Source: Mytilus californianus
Lineage: Eukaryota
Length of the DNA stretch: 64,000 bases
Assembly (NCBI RefSeq): GCF_021869535.1
Contig: NW_026262670.1
Span: 5,828,001-5,892,000, forward strand
Direction of reading: 5' to 3'
The notes under the pieces were generated by a model. The model made no database searches. It was given only the letters and a program-made list of their open reading frames with translations, and had not been told where the DNA came from. Positions 50,383 to 64,000 of the stretch are shown here, in pieces; position 1 is the first letter of the stretch; each line of letters begins with the position of its first letter. Position numbers and translations under genes: made by a program.

Positions 50383-52282
50383 AGTCTTTATTGTCATATA
50401 CATGTAAGTATACATTGAAAATCAACAATATATTAGTGACTTATACACAGCGTTTTTATGCTTGTATTTATTCTTGTAAAGTAGTATTGTTCATCAGTAG
50501 AAAGTAATTATGCTTTACGAAAAAAGACAGTTTTGTTGTGTGGTAAGAATCATAAAAGTGTTTTTTTTTTTCTAAATTATTGTTGTTAACGGGGACATCG
50601 AAGAGAAACTCGGATTGAAAAATTTTACAAAATTATGTATCCTATTGAAACATAAACGCGGACTTCAATGAGAACACCTGCATTGAAAGTTTGCAAACGG
50701 AACGACCAATGAAAGTCATTGAATATGTAACGCGGACTTCAACGAGGGCACCTAGATGAAATATTTTATTAAGATCAGCAAATCAAAATATTTTTTAGTA
50801 AAATAGAGTTAATAAATTTAATTACAGCAACATTGCAGAAATGTTTAATTTCTATTCTCGTTTTAAAATGTTTATGTTAACTTTTGGTCTGTATAATTAT
50901 ATTAAATGCCCCAAACGTAAAAATAAGTTATCTAAATGCATCAATATACGTTTATCCCACCCAAGATTATCCCAAACTGAAATTCATCTCATATTTTCAC
51001 AGAATCCATGTTCATTTATTTCACGAATTCTTTTACGTGCGGACAGCATGATAATATCTTAACACAATCGTAACCACGCTTCAATTTTCGTTTGATATTT
51101 GCTGCTTTTCCACAATAAACGCACGTTTTGCATCAGTGACCGGTATTACAATTGTACACATTTTTAAGAGTTCATTGAGCTGTTACTTTATTTACAACTT
51201 TTAGCAAGACTAAACTGTTAACTAAATGAATTCAACAAATCTCAACATTATCTATATCAATTTCATTATTTAACAAAAGAAATGTTTTTAATTACAAACT
51301 ATTTTAAATGTCGGTATAATTATATATGTTTTTTTTAACCGAAAATATAAGATGCATCGATTTCAATTTTGTAAACAATGAATAATTTTTGTTCCTTTCA
51401 TGAGCGCGTCTATATTTTAATAACGAATACAATATAGGAAAATAGAAAAAAAGAAGAGGGAAATATACAGGAATACATTAATTGTACACATATAATAAGG
51501 ACAAATTTAAACAGAAATTTACGTGATCATTTCTTCTCACAAATTTGTTTCAATCTATTTATTTCTTACTGATTTTTATTAAAACATCTTTCACTTCTAG
51601 GCTCGTGCCAATGGTGCAATTATGACGTCCTCATTCTCTATCCCGTTTTTTAGTGTTTCGCAATTATGTGTGAGAAACCACACGTTTCTTACATGCCACG
51701 AGTTTCATATCAGTTAGCAATCTTTGAAACGAATATGTGAGAACAAGAGCTACTGCATTTGGGAAAAGTAAAATTATGTTATATATCTATCTATTTTATT
51801 TTCAAGAGGTTTACAAACTTTACAATTTGTAAACCGTGCATCAGTATTTTAAAGTTTTTAAATTTACTTATATTTATTGTTCATTCATTTTTTTTAACTG
51901 TAAAGCATGTTACTTTACTAAGTATTATATCTAAAATCGATAAAGTTTGAAACAAATAGACGATAGATACATCGGGGTTGTTTTGCTTGAGTGATTTACA
52001 TGTGCAAAAATCGGTGCTCAACACTGTTTAAACGAATTAAAGCCAGTTTGAAATGGTTTAACGAGGGCGTGGCCAATTAGTTTGACGCAGCTTAACCACA
52101 TCTTAAACTAACTTGAATGACCGCAACGGAATCTATTTGACTGGCATTAAAATAATTTGATATGGATTGAAATGGATTAAAAACTATTTTTAATTTTTGT
52201 CAATCTTTATCAAATGTTCATTCATCTTTTTTAAATAGCGTTAATACTTTTTTGGCCGATCAAGCTAAATGCGGGTTACTAG
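50383..52282 (+). repeat. Second, inverted copy of the 2-kb repeat at 34928-37045
   Basis: Reverse-complement match; ends ...gcgggttaCTAG/T. Confidence 0.85.
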
Positions 52283-53871
52283 TGTTTTGTTGATGAATGT
52301 TGGTTGTCTTCTCCTGTTTTTTGTTTGTTTTGGTACCAATAATTCCTGTTCTTTTTCGTATTCATTATAAATGTCTCACATATTATTCCTCATTATATTT
52401 AAATATAGGCACTACTGTGATAGTTATATGATTAACCTGGGATCTACCTTTTTTTGTTGATACTTAATTGAGCAACACCCTATTTTAATATTTGTATTAA
52501 TGTTTTGCATCAGTGACCGGTATTACAATTGTACACATTTTTAAGAGTTCATTGAGCTGTTACTTTATTTACAACTTTTAGCAAGACTAAACTGTTAACT
52601 AAATGAATTCAACAAATCTCAACATTATCTATATCAATTTCATTATTTAACAAAAGAAATGTTTTTAATTACAAACTATTTTAAATGTCGGTATAATTAT
52701 ATATGTTTTTTTTAACCGAAAATATAAGATGCATCGATTTCAATTTTGTAAACAATGAATAATTTTTGTTCCTTTCATGAGCGCGTCTATATTTTAATAA
52801 CGAATACAATATAGGAAAATAGAAAAAAAGAAGAGGGAAATATACAGGAATACATTAATTGTACACATATAATAAGGACAAATTTAAACAGAAATTTACG
52901 TGATCATTTCTTCTCACAAATTTGTTTCAATCTATTTATTTCTTACTGATTTTTATTAAAACATCTTTCACTTCTAGGCTCGTGCCAATGGTGCAATTAT
53001 GACGTCCTCATTCTCTATCCCGTTTTTTAGTGTTTCGCAATTATGTGTGAGAAACCACACGTTTCTTACATGCCACGAGTTTCATATCAGTTAGCAATCT
53101 TTGAAACGAATATGTGAGAACAAGAGCTACTGCATTTGGGAAAAGTAAAATTATGTTATATATCTATCTATTTTATTTTCAACAGGTTTACAAACTTTAC
53201 AATTTGTAAACCGTGCATCAGTATTTTAAAGTTTTTAAATTTACTTATATTTATTGTTCATTCATTTTTTTTAACTGTAAAGCATGTTACTTTACTAAGT
53301 ATTATATCTAAAATCGATAAAGTTTGAAACAAATAGACGATAGATACATCGCGGTTGTTTTGCTTGAGTGATTTACATGTGCAAAAATCGGTGCTCAACA
53401 CTGTTTAAACGAATTAAAGCCAGTTTGAAATGGTTTAACGAGGGCGTGGCCAATTAGTTTGACGCAGCTTAACCACATCTTAAACTAACTTGAATGACCG
53501 CAACGGAATCTATTTGACTGGCATTAAAATAATTTGATATGGATTGAAATGGATTAAAAACTATTTTTAATTTTTGTCAATCTTTATCAAATGTTCATTC
53601 ATCTTTTTTAAATAGCGTTAATACTTTTTTGGCCGATCAAGCTAAATGCGGGTTACTAGTGTTTTGTTGATGAATGTTGGTTGTCTTCTCCTGTTTTTTG
53701 TTTGTTTTGGTACCAATAATTCCTGTTCTTTTTCGTATTCATTATAAATGTCTCACATATTATTCCTCATTATATTTAAATATAGGCACTACTGTGATAG
53801 TTATATGATTAACCTGGGATCTACCTTTTTTTGTTGATACTTAATTGAGCAACACCCTATTTTAATATTTG
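51125..53871 (+). repeat. Near-perfect tandem duplication, period 1377 bp
   Basis: 51125-52494 repeats at 52502-53871; only two substitutions noticed (caagagg/caacagg; atcgggg/atcgcgg); duplicate ORFs 51759 and 53136 are offset by 1377. Confidence 0.96.
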
Positions 53872-56800
53872 ACTAATGATTCCAAGACATTTCCTAAATG
53901 TACCGTAGTATATCTTACTTGGACTTCCAAATAGAGATATAGGAAGATGTGGTATGATTATTAGATAAGGTTAGGGTTGTTTGATATCGAAATCTTGTTT
54001 TTACATTATAAATTATCGTTGCAAACGAATAGCAATGTACGTTTCAGGTCATTCTAAAAAAAAAGATGATGGTTAAGTAAACATAAGGTTTTATAATATT
54101 TTAAAATCATAATGTAAACGATTCAATCAAAGATGAAGTCCTCAGAATCATAACGTGTTGAATTGAACTATAACAAAATAACACCATTCAGTAAAAATTC
54201 GATGAAAAAAGAATCAAACCGGAATGTATTTTTAGAATGCTTTAAGGATATTCGATTCTCAGTTTTCATTATCGCAAATAATACATCATATTATGTCATG
54301 ATATGAGCAGTACTAATAATAGCTCCCTGCTATTGATAATTGACTTCAAGTGTTCTAGGGTATCCAAATAAAGGCAATAGTAATATACCGCTGACCAATA
54401 GTCAGGTATCCTAAGATTTAATATTAGCCAATTTTCGCTTATTAAAATGCACTTTTTTTTACCAACTTTTTTTTTTAAAGCCCTAATCTAAATTTATTTT
54501 AAGATACTATTTATGCATGTTTCACTGGATATTTTAGCATTATTTTACCACTGTTGTCTCTAATTTTAGCTTTTTATCAACCCCTTATGATTTTGTGGTT
54601 TTTCGTTAATTGTTTTCATATGACTGAACTTTCGATCATTGCGGTGATTGCATATGTAGATGCCTATGACTTCATATGAAATAAAGATGATTAACGCTAA
54701 GCTGTATCCGGACACATTTTGAACGTCAAGATAAATCTTTAAATATCCATTAATTAAAAATGTTTTCGACTGAATGCTCAATGACCTAGTCAATAATATG
54801 AACAAAAGGATTGTTAGGTTTTCAATTGCTAAGACACAGAATGACAGACCTGATAAACGTTATACTCGCGAGATCTAAAAATTAATTTAAAAGTATGAAA
54901 GGAGATAATAAAGAGATTACTTCTGCTTAGATGAAATTGCTGTTTTAAGATAAGATATTAAAAAAGACGTCAATGGATGATCAAAATATTAGTCGTCTCT
55001 ATATGCAGACATTAATATAACCTTCTCCTGTCAGCCTAATTAAATATTATACATTACAAAGTATAAGTTAAAGATAACACATGGAAGACAAAACATTTGT
55101 AAGTCAAAAATGAATAACAAAATCCGATACAAGTTGCCAAATATTTGATTCATGCGCTTTTTTATTTACATGATCAAAACAAATTACAGGTACATTATGT
55201 ACTGTTCATTATAAAAAAAAACACCATCATAAGCATATATAAGACATCCACCAGTGTACTACCAAATAAGTACTCAGAACCTCTGTGTTGATATGAAATA
55301 GCATTGCTAAAGTTATTGATTTGGTAAAACCTTCCCAAAAGATTACTGCTTCTAATCTAGTTTTGAGAACTGGATTTTTTATTGATGGATTAAACATATT
55401 TGTTATTCTGTTTCATTGTCATATAATACGCCATTTAAGACTAAAAAAGAGACACTCCGTTCAAAACCCGAAATAAACAGTATAAACCATGGGTAAAATA
55501 CATATCCGTATTTCGAAAACATAGTAAAAAAAAATTAATTCAAGGCGATTTTAATGGAGTAATAGAAAGAATATTGCAAATTAGCTTTCCTTGTGCTGTA
55601 TGAATACAACAGTGGCGGATAAAATCTGTCTGATTAAAGGCAAAATAATGTGGCGGTCGTATGATGTGATATAACTAGCAGTATTGATACGTTTCTTTTT
55701 GAACCAGGACTGAAATTGTTTTTTTATTAAAAACATTGTTCATTTTGTTGAACGTAGAGTTAAACAATGCCATGTCTTATTGTTGGTAGAAATAACACAG
55801 AGTTTATTGTCTCACTATTATTGTTTTACATTGTTAGTGTTAATGCTTGCGTGTATCTGTTCTCCAAAGAAATTGACATTCCTCATTTTATCTGTCTCCA
55901 TCAAACATCCCGCCATTGTGTTATTGTTCTATTATAATTTTTGCATACTTTGAAAGACAAAATTATTTTATATCTCTACCTGTGTGACGTTTACATTCTG
56001 ACGTCAAACACGCTATTCTACGCCAGAGTAAATGTTAAAATTACGATTCGGTCCCAGAGCTTAAAATCCCTCGATCCTTTATGGGTTGATTTGGAATACA
56101 TAAATAAAATACAAAAATAAGTACACAATGAACGAGGTTGTTTGTTAAATGTAATATATGCTTTTTTGTGCTTCGTTGTTAAATATTTGTTCGTTTTTGT
56201 AATATGACAGTTGTTGTCAATTCGTTTGATGAGTTTGTGCTTTTGATTTTGCCATTTGATTAGGGACTTTCCGTTTTGTATTTTCCTCGGAGTTCGGTAT
56301 TTTTGTGATTTAACTTTTCACGATTCGATGTATACGTTTCTTAACTCAACAGCGGTTTTTGCAGATTACAAAGGTTTCGTTTCTTATATATCAATGCCTT
56401 TCAAATATTCGGATTTGAGCATTCCTGCAGTTACATGGATAGTTAATTATCTTAGTTCTACTTAGCACCATTTTACCTTTAAAGGTCTGAATGGTAACCT
56501 TGTCGGTACCAATTTTACTGCACCGGCTATACATTTCGCCAATACATGTATCTTTAGTGATGTACGAGTCTAAAATCTTTGAAACAAAAATATCTGTTCG
56601 AAAATTGCAAAGCTGATAAAACAGAAAAAAAAAAAAAAAAAAACAAGAAGCCTACCAGAAGCCAAAAAGAGCTATGCATGAGCGATATATTGTCGAATGC
56701 TTTCTTTTCTTTTAAATCCAGAACTAACAGAAACAATGGAATGGTCAATTTGTTGAAGAGTTTATCGATGAATTTATTGCTATCATGATTCTTGACATTT

Positions 56801-59329
56801 CACTGTAGATCATTCATTCTTTCGTTAGTCTTTGTCGTATTTTATCAGTACATAGAGAGACAATTTGGTACCGTATAAAATGAAGTAGCAGATTAATTTA
56901 GTTCATCATGGCCTGCAGTGTGTGATCAAGTTACATTGAAAACTGTTATAAGTATTGAGTATACCGCAGGTTGAATGACCGATTCCTATTCCTGATTGTG
57001 ACATCTTTACTGAGTGTAGCAGGTGATATCTACACAGACGCACCCGATCCTTCTCATTTTGGATTTCATGCGATTTACTCAGATTTTTTCTTACTCTGTG
57101 TTTTCTATTTGTTATTCGATAACAGAAATTGATTGTCGGTTATCTACTGCCGCTTCTTTTACAGTGTTTTACGGTAACGTTTAGAAATAATAAAAAAAAA
57201 CGTTGTAAGTTGTCATTAAATTAAATACATCTGTACATAACATTTAAAAGAGGGACGAAAGATACAAGAGGGACAGTAAAACTCATAGATCGAAAACAAA
57301 CTGACAACGCCATGGCCAAAAATAAAAAGACAAACAGACAAGGGACCACTATTAACAAACTCGTCTGAATGTTTAGTAGCGTAGAAAGAAACAAAAAATG
57401 TGGAAGATACAAAACAAATATTCATTTAAAGACAGAACAGAGGTCGTATCCAGGAAATATTTTAAAATTGTCATAAGGACACCTATTGCATTCGGATTTG
57501 TTGCATTCTTTACAAGTGTGAGGTTGAGCTAGCTATAGAACCAGGTTTATTCCACCATTTTCTACATAAAGGAAATGCCAGTACCAAGTCAGGAAAATTA
57601 CAGTTGTTAACAATTCATTTGATGTGTTTGACTTTTTGCCCTTTTATAAGGGATTTAAATTTCTTGGGGTTCCATATTTTTGTTGTTTTACTTATTACTA
57701 CATCCGATTGAAAGCTTTATTTCCCTAATATAACAGTTTTTCGTAAGTATACAATATCACTATACAAAAGTTATTAGAACGTCAGTCATAAGTCCACAAA
57801 GTATATTATAATTTCAAAGTTGTAAGAGAGTTATGCACAGGTCTAAAAAGGTACTCCGTTACCACATTCATAAATCCACAATTATATTATAAAAACTAAT
57901 CCACAAAGTACCAAAGTTATAAGACGATCATTCATATGTCCATATAATATGATTAGTTCAAATGGTTCTAAGTTCTCGACAATCAGCAATCAGTAATAAA
58001 TACAAATAAGACATATTTTGTATAACAATCAATCATAGGTTTAAATAGTGTAATACATTTTCATGTTTTACCCCCGAGATAATCCCCAGTTTTGGTGGGG
58101 TTCGTGTTGCTCAGTCTTTGGTTCTCTATGTTGTGTTTTGTGTACTGTTGTTTGTCTGTTGGTCTTTTTCCGTTTTAACCATGGCGTCGTCCGTTTATAT
58201 TCGACGTATGAGTTTGAATGACCCTTTGGTATATATTGCATGTCTTTTACATTATCATATATCACTTTACCATGTGTCACATTACCATATATATTACCTC
58301 CCCATGCATATTACTAGTACTTTGCCAAGTATACCTCTCTACTATATGTCACATTACCAAGTAATTCACATTTCCATGTTTATCACATTATTATATTCCA
58401 CATTATTTCATCCGTTTATCAAATTAGAAATATCACATTACTATTATGGATCAACGGGAAGGTTTTTGTATCGATTTGGCTTATCTTTTTATGTCCCTTT
58501 TGATCACATAGCCCTTATTGTGCTACTGTTATACACAATTGGATTTTAAATTTAAAGATTTGAGCATTTCTTGTGAATTAACAAATAATCGTTTTAAATT
58601 GAAGACGTGAAAATATCAGGAAATTTGATTACATAAGTCAATGGATTTTTCATCAGTTGTTATAACGAATCCAGTGGGTGGTATTGTAGAAAAAAAACAA
58701 ACAAATACAATGAAAAATACTTATGAACTAAAAAAACAACAACTGTTAATTGAAAATAAAACAGTTGAATCAATTGTCTTAAACCAGGAAGAGATCGTGC
58801 ATCATTTAAACACGTGTAATCTTCTAAGGAAAATGTAATTGCCAATTTAAGAATGCGCATACCACAGTACCATTTCAGTGCATTAGTTTCCTTCACTGAT
58901 CGACAACATTTTAAATGCAATAATGACACCATCAACTGAAGCTTTTATTTGTACGCTTGAAGAAGCTTAATCAATAATCGAAGACAAATATATAATATAA
59001 TAAATTTCGGATATCAATTATCCTTTCTGATTGTCCATTAACCTTTGTTCAACTCATTTATAGCGAAAAGAAAATAATCAAAATGAAATATTTCAGGGTA
59101 TTTATGTTTTTTAAATGAGAATCATAAATACAAATTTCTTGATTTGTATCATGAAAAAATCGATACCAAAAAACTACAATGATCAACAACAAATTTACAG
59201 ACGAAAAAGTCATGTTGGACGTTTTGATTGACATTATTTTTTTAAAGTTGTTGGATTAATATCTAAAAAACAGTGGAACAGCATTCAAATGGACATTAAT
59301 TGTACAACTCTCTGTTTTGATCTCATATA

Positions 59330-59663
59330 AGATCCATATGCTTCATCTAATAGAGACCTGGGAACGTTTCCAGTATAACAACTCATGGATAGTTGCCAAA
59401 ATCAAATTCTGAGGAAGACCCAAAGTGCAGGGAAGGGTAATACAGAAGTTTAGTATAAGTTTGAATTCTTAGAAGCTTGAGGCATATAAATGATGAAAAT
59501 ATGCCACACGGCCCCATGTTTTGACCTTTGATAGTAGTGCATATAAACTTTCATGTCTACAATATAATTTTTCACGAACCTTTATAATAAACGTGTCACA
59601 GTTTTAGCCGTAAAAGGAGTTCCTATAGGAAATTGCATTGTCTACATTTACAGAAGTGCAACC
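59330..59663. mobile_element. Uninterrupted paralog of the MITE that hosts the BEL element
   Basis: tttagtataagtttgaattcttagaagcttgagGCATAtaaatgatgaaaatatgcc has a single GCATA (59482-59486); right end cagaagtgcaacc. Confidence 0.8.
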
Positions 59664-62600
59664 TTTTACATCCATATTATCCATTCTAAACATTCCGTCA
59701 ATTTCAAAATTCATTAAATATAATTGACATAGCTCACTATGACCACTGCATATTAAACACAAATTTAATATTTACATACTATAAAGATTTGTTTAAATAT
59801 TTTTCTAATTTGGCAAAGAGAGACATACAATATATTGAGTTGTGTTTCATCTTCTTTTTATGGTTATAAATGTTCCAAGTCACAATTTGTAAAAGTTAAC
59901 CATTATAGGTCAAAGTACGGTCTTCAACACGGAGACTTGGCTCACACCGAACAGCAAGCTATAAAGGGCCCCAAAAATTACTAGTGTAAAACCAATCAAA
60001 CGGGAAAACAAACGGTCTAATCTTAATGTAAAACAAGAAACGAGAAACACTTATGAACCACATCAACAAACGACAACCACTGAACATCAGGTTCCAAACA
60101 AATACAGCGGCTTTAAACGATTTAATAGGTACCAACCTTCACCCTTACCTGAAACAATAGTGTTACATCACAACATTGAAAGACACACTATAAAATAAAT
60201 ATCAATTGAAATGGCTTAACTCAATCAAAAGACATATTAACACAAACAAGTGAATATACACTGAACGAATAAATTTGATCTATGACACAATGTAGATACA
60301 AAATCAATAAAATAAGGGTGAGATGTTAAACAATTTCAGAAAGACAACCATAACCTTGAGCAAAATACCGCCAAATAGAATAATGTACACAGGTACATGA
60401 AAATAATTTTGTTGTAAGGTATACAGTAATGGAGAACGGAAATGATTTTTACAAAATAAATACTATGCATTTAACACTATTACTTTAATTGTCTTTTGAA
60501 GAGATACAGGTGGCTTGCTTGTGTTTATATATCGTAACAAACTGATTTAGTTTAAGGCAAAGTTATAATACAGATTTGGCTAATATTACTTGAATATTCA
60601 AAAAGAATTAAAGAGTACATTATCAAGACTTATTGAAATCGTCAGGTACATGATTAGAACTGATAAAAACTGAGACGACCTACGATAAGTCAAAATAAAA
60701 AGAAAGAAAAAACACTAGTCATAAGTGATTACGGCAATTTAAACTTCCAGTAGACATATGCATGTTATTGTAGATAGCATGGAGCTGTGTTATTAACTGA
60801 TGAATTGTATAGAATAAACATTAACGGTACCAAATTTACTGCACCGCATTGAGGTAAACATTCGGCAACAGCACATTGGAAGAGGTAATCACGATTGTTG
60901 TTAAGAGTGTTTAATTATAACAGGATATTTATTCCGATTGTAAAGAATTATTTTATTTCAAAATAGATTTGACAAGAAAAGCTGCCATTTATCAACTTCA
61001 ATATATGAATGTTCAAATAACATAAATACATTTCTTTCAAGTAACATTTATCACAAATACAATGCAAATAAGAATTAGGTAAGAAATGAAAGAACACTCT
61101 TCAATTTATCAACTGTATCGATATCTTTACAAACATCACAAGCTGGTGTCAAGTTAAAAAGAAGTTCATTGAATCGACATTCAATTCTATTTGAATTAGA
61201 CTATGATAATGTGTAAAAAGGTTTGTGTTATATTACTGTATAATACTGGTTCGAGTTTCAACATATTTCTCTGCAAAATTCTCCATCTGGTAAAGCGCAT
61301 AACCATGTGTAGTGCTAACATATAAGTACACGGCATCGACAAGATGTAGGTTCATGAATGTTCTTAACTGTACAAACAAAGCAAACTATTTTAGTAATGT
61401 TCTTCAGTTATACAATACAAAAGAAATTTGAGTATAGATAAAACAATATTTTAGGATCTCACTATTGACCCCTCCACTAAAAAATAAACCCAAAAAAAAG
61501 GCAAAAAAAAAAAAAAAAACACAAAGCCAGACCGGTGGCGTCATGGTTGACAGATTTAGTGTTTCCTCCTGTGCCTGCAATACCTGCCTTGCGAATTGTT
61601 AACTGATTTAAAAACGCGCGTCTTGAATGAAAGATGATACACGCTTACCAGTAAACGCCTAATAAAAAGCAGCAAAATATCAAACAATAACCTGTAAACA
61701 CAACGGTCTCGCTCCTCTTAAACTAATTAATTTCAAAAGTGTTTTTTTACCTTGATTTGTACTAATGGTTGTATGAAATTTGAACTTCGGTTAAATACTG
61801 TTTGCTTTAGTTTAACACCATCACATTTTGTTCCTTTATGAGTTAGTTATTTTATCTAGAACAGGTGTTGTTTGTTGTTGTTTAGGTTTGCTTTTACGTA
61901 TTTTCACTAGAGCTCGGGTTTTGGCGTTTGGTAGTATATGATGTATTTGTTGTACTGCTAAGTCTTGTTATCATCTTTATGGATTATTTTTATTGTTGGA
62001 AAGACAATGTTGCTATAATTGTGATATTTATCGTTTTTTTTTTGCAATATCAATCATTTGCCAAAAAACTTGATGTTTCTCGCACAAGCTGATGACAAGA
62101 AAAGTAAATTACTATTGGTAATTACAAAGCGTATTTATTGCGTGTTGTTTAAGATATGTATATTCCTTTGTGTTTAAAGCCTGAATTAGTTTCTTGACAA
62201 ATAACACAAATTGATGTCTTTTAACATGATGCCGATACCAGGTTATCAGCTTTCAATGTGCCTCGAACTGAATATATCATTAAAATATGATCACTTCTTT
62301 TCAAATGTGGAATTTGGAATAAAATACAAAATCGAACGAATTATAATTAAATACATAATGCAAATATATTTGACAATTAAAAAACATGTGTTTGCGCAAT
62401 TCTTTCTCAGTTTTAAAACCTTACCCTAGCCCTAACCCTAACCTCCTGTTACTTCAATTTCAGTTATTTTGAGAGAAAGAACTGGGTATGGATAAATAAG
62501 ATACATGAAGATATAGTCATATTCAAACAATCAAAAGTATATGTCAAAATAAGAGAATCACATACAATGCAACTAAAAAATTGTATAGTCTATTGTTGAC

Positions 62601-63780
62601 AAGGCGAAAAACATGTGGACGCATTGGAGAAATTACACAAATGTTATTGCACCAAATGCTATTTACAAAGGAATTTTGTGTGAGTGTGAGTTATTTAAAA
62701 TGTCATTTGTAGAGATCAAATTCTATATGTCCTTTTGCTGATGTATGGAAAACACACTTATAATCAAACTGATTGACGTAGAATGCAACCTTTTGTTTAC
62801 CAAATGTAAACAAACACTATGTTTAAATCTTTCTAACTTTTTGCAATTATTCAACTTGTTAATTTTTCTGTTTTCTACGAAAAATCAAAAGATGCTCAAG
62901 AAAACTGCAATACAATTGTTGGAGGACAGGTATGAACGTTTTCACTTAATTGTATTGTTATGAGAAGCACAAGTTTGATAATAACCGCCTAATACTGCTG
63001 TTTCTCATTTCGTCGTTTTTCCTTTGGTGTTGTCTGTTTCAGACTTCTGAGTTTGAATATCTCTTTTGGTAGTTTTCGCCACTCTTTTAGAACATCGTAT
63101 ATGGTAAATTCCCATCAAAGATATCAGGATTTTTATAAAAGTACGCAAGTTGCACTAATGTGTTCAGGCATTTTACAACACGCTTTACAAAATTAAAAGG
63201 CATTCTAGCATTATGCCTGTTATTATAACATAGAATTAATTTAGTGTAGATTATCTTTTATCTCATTTCAACGAGTTTATACAAGTCAGGTAACAACTTT
63301 AAAAAAAAAATTAAATTATTCATCTTCATCGTTTATACAACAAAAACTGCCAACACTACAACAAAGTAATTTTTTCGCAAAACAAAATATATTTCGGGCC
63401 ATCCTTCAGCATGTCTGTCTCGGGTGACCTTAAGTGATTTGATCAATGATTTTATGCATCGTATTTATGGTATAAAAGGAATGCCACTTGTATTAAGTTT
63501 GTTTAAAATATCGAGACAATAGTAAAAATTCCTCTCTCTGTGCCGGGATTTTAATAGAAATTGATATTCAACATATACGTCCGTGGTCTCTGGTAGATAT
63601 TTTTCTCATTCACAATTATACCATATCTCCTTATTTTTTATTCATATTTATAAACATATAAAAATGTGACAAACGTTTTCCATGGATTAATCTTTGCTTA
63701 TACAGAGCTAACAACATCATTTAAATACACTATCCGTCATATTTGTAAAAAATAAAATTGAATTTTCAAATATTTCGGCC

Positions 63781-63828
63781 TCGATCATCCTGGAAGAGAC
63801 ATGTATTGTCCAAATGCGCATCTGGTGC
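63781..63828 (+). ncRNA. Decayed hammerhead of another repeat family (CUGAAGA-type core)
   Basis: tcgatcatcctggaaga gaca tgtat tgtc caaa tgcgca tc tggtgc: stems II and III and the AUC site are recognisable, the core is mutated. More decayed rc copies at about 56500-56580 and 60830-60860. Confidence 0.55.
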
Positions 63829-64000
63829 AGACAAATTAACACCCTTAATGTTATTAGCCCAACAATATAAGTTCTGCAAGCTTGCACAAGCAAATATTTT
63901 TCATTCCTCTACGTGATTGGAATCCCGGCTTTAGTGATATTTATGCAACACCGTGTGCATTGCGTTTAACATGTATTTTTGATTTTATCATTTCAACTGA

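Noticed and set aside
34928-52282. Single 17-kb transposon with 2-kb TIRs
   Set aside because: The arms are only about 80% identical, with no TSD and no transposase between them.
58118-58549. 143-aa ORF
   Set aside because: Composed of a PLE 3' tail plus a degenerate atcacattaccat simple repeat.
62421-62443. Telomere-like ccctagccctaaccctaacc
   Set aside because: Only about three imperfect units; too short to indicate an interstitial telomere.

Overview
AT-rich animal genomic DNA; the repeat families resemble those of Mytilus-type bivalves (inference from memory, not a search). It holds one host gene: a minus-strand class A peptide GPCR of the FMRFamide-receptor-like group. Its main exon is 24305-25423, and a candidate 13-codon first coding exon lies at 28422-28460. 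The rest is mobile DNA: a full-length but decayed BEL/Pao LTR retrotransposon (554-7531) nested in a MITE that is itself nested in another repeat, several Penelope-like (PLE) fragments, a Tc1 remnant, MITEs, a SINE, a 72-bp minisatellite, a 288-bp palindrome, a 2-kb inverted repeat pair and a 1377-bp near-perfect tandem duplication. The most striking signal is a set of minimal type I hammerhead ribozymes (HHRs). A 354-bp tandem array (30647-31553) carries one HHR per unit, as in non-LTR retrozymes that give circular RNAs. Dispersed intact and decayed HHR copies of about three sequence types occur elsewhere, plus an HHR in the 3' end of a Neptune-like PLE that could represent the mobilising partner class. 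Retrozymes are a known class; their details here are inferred from sequence only.
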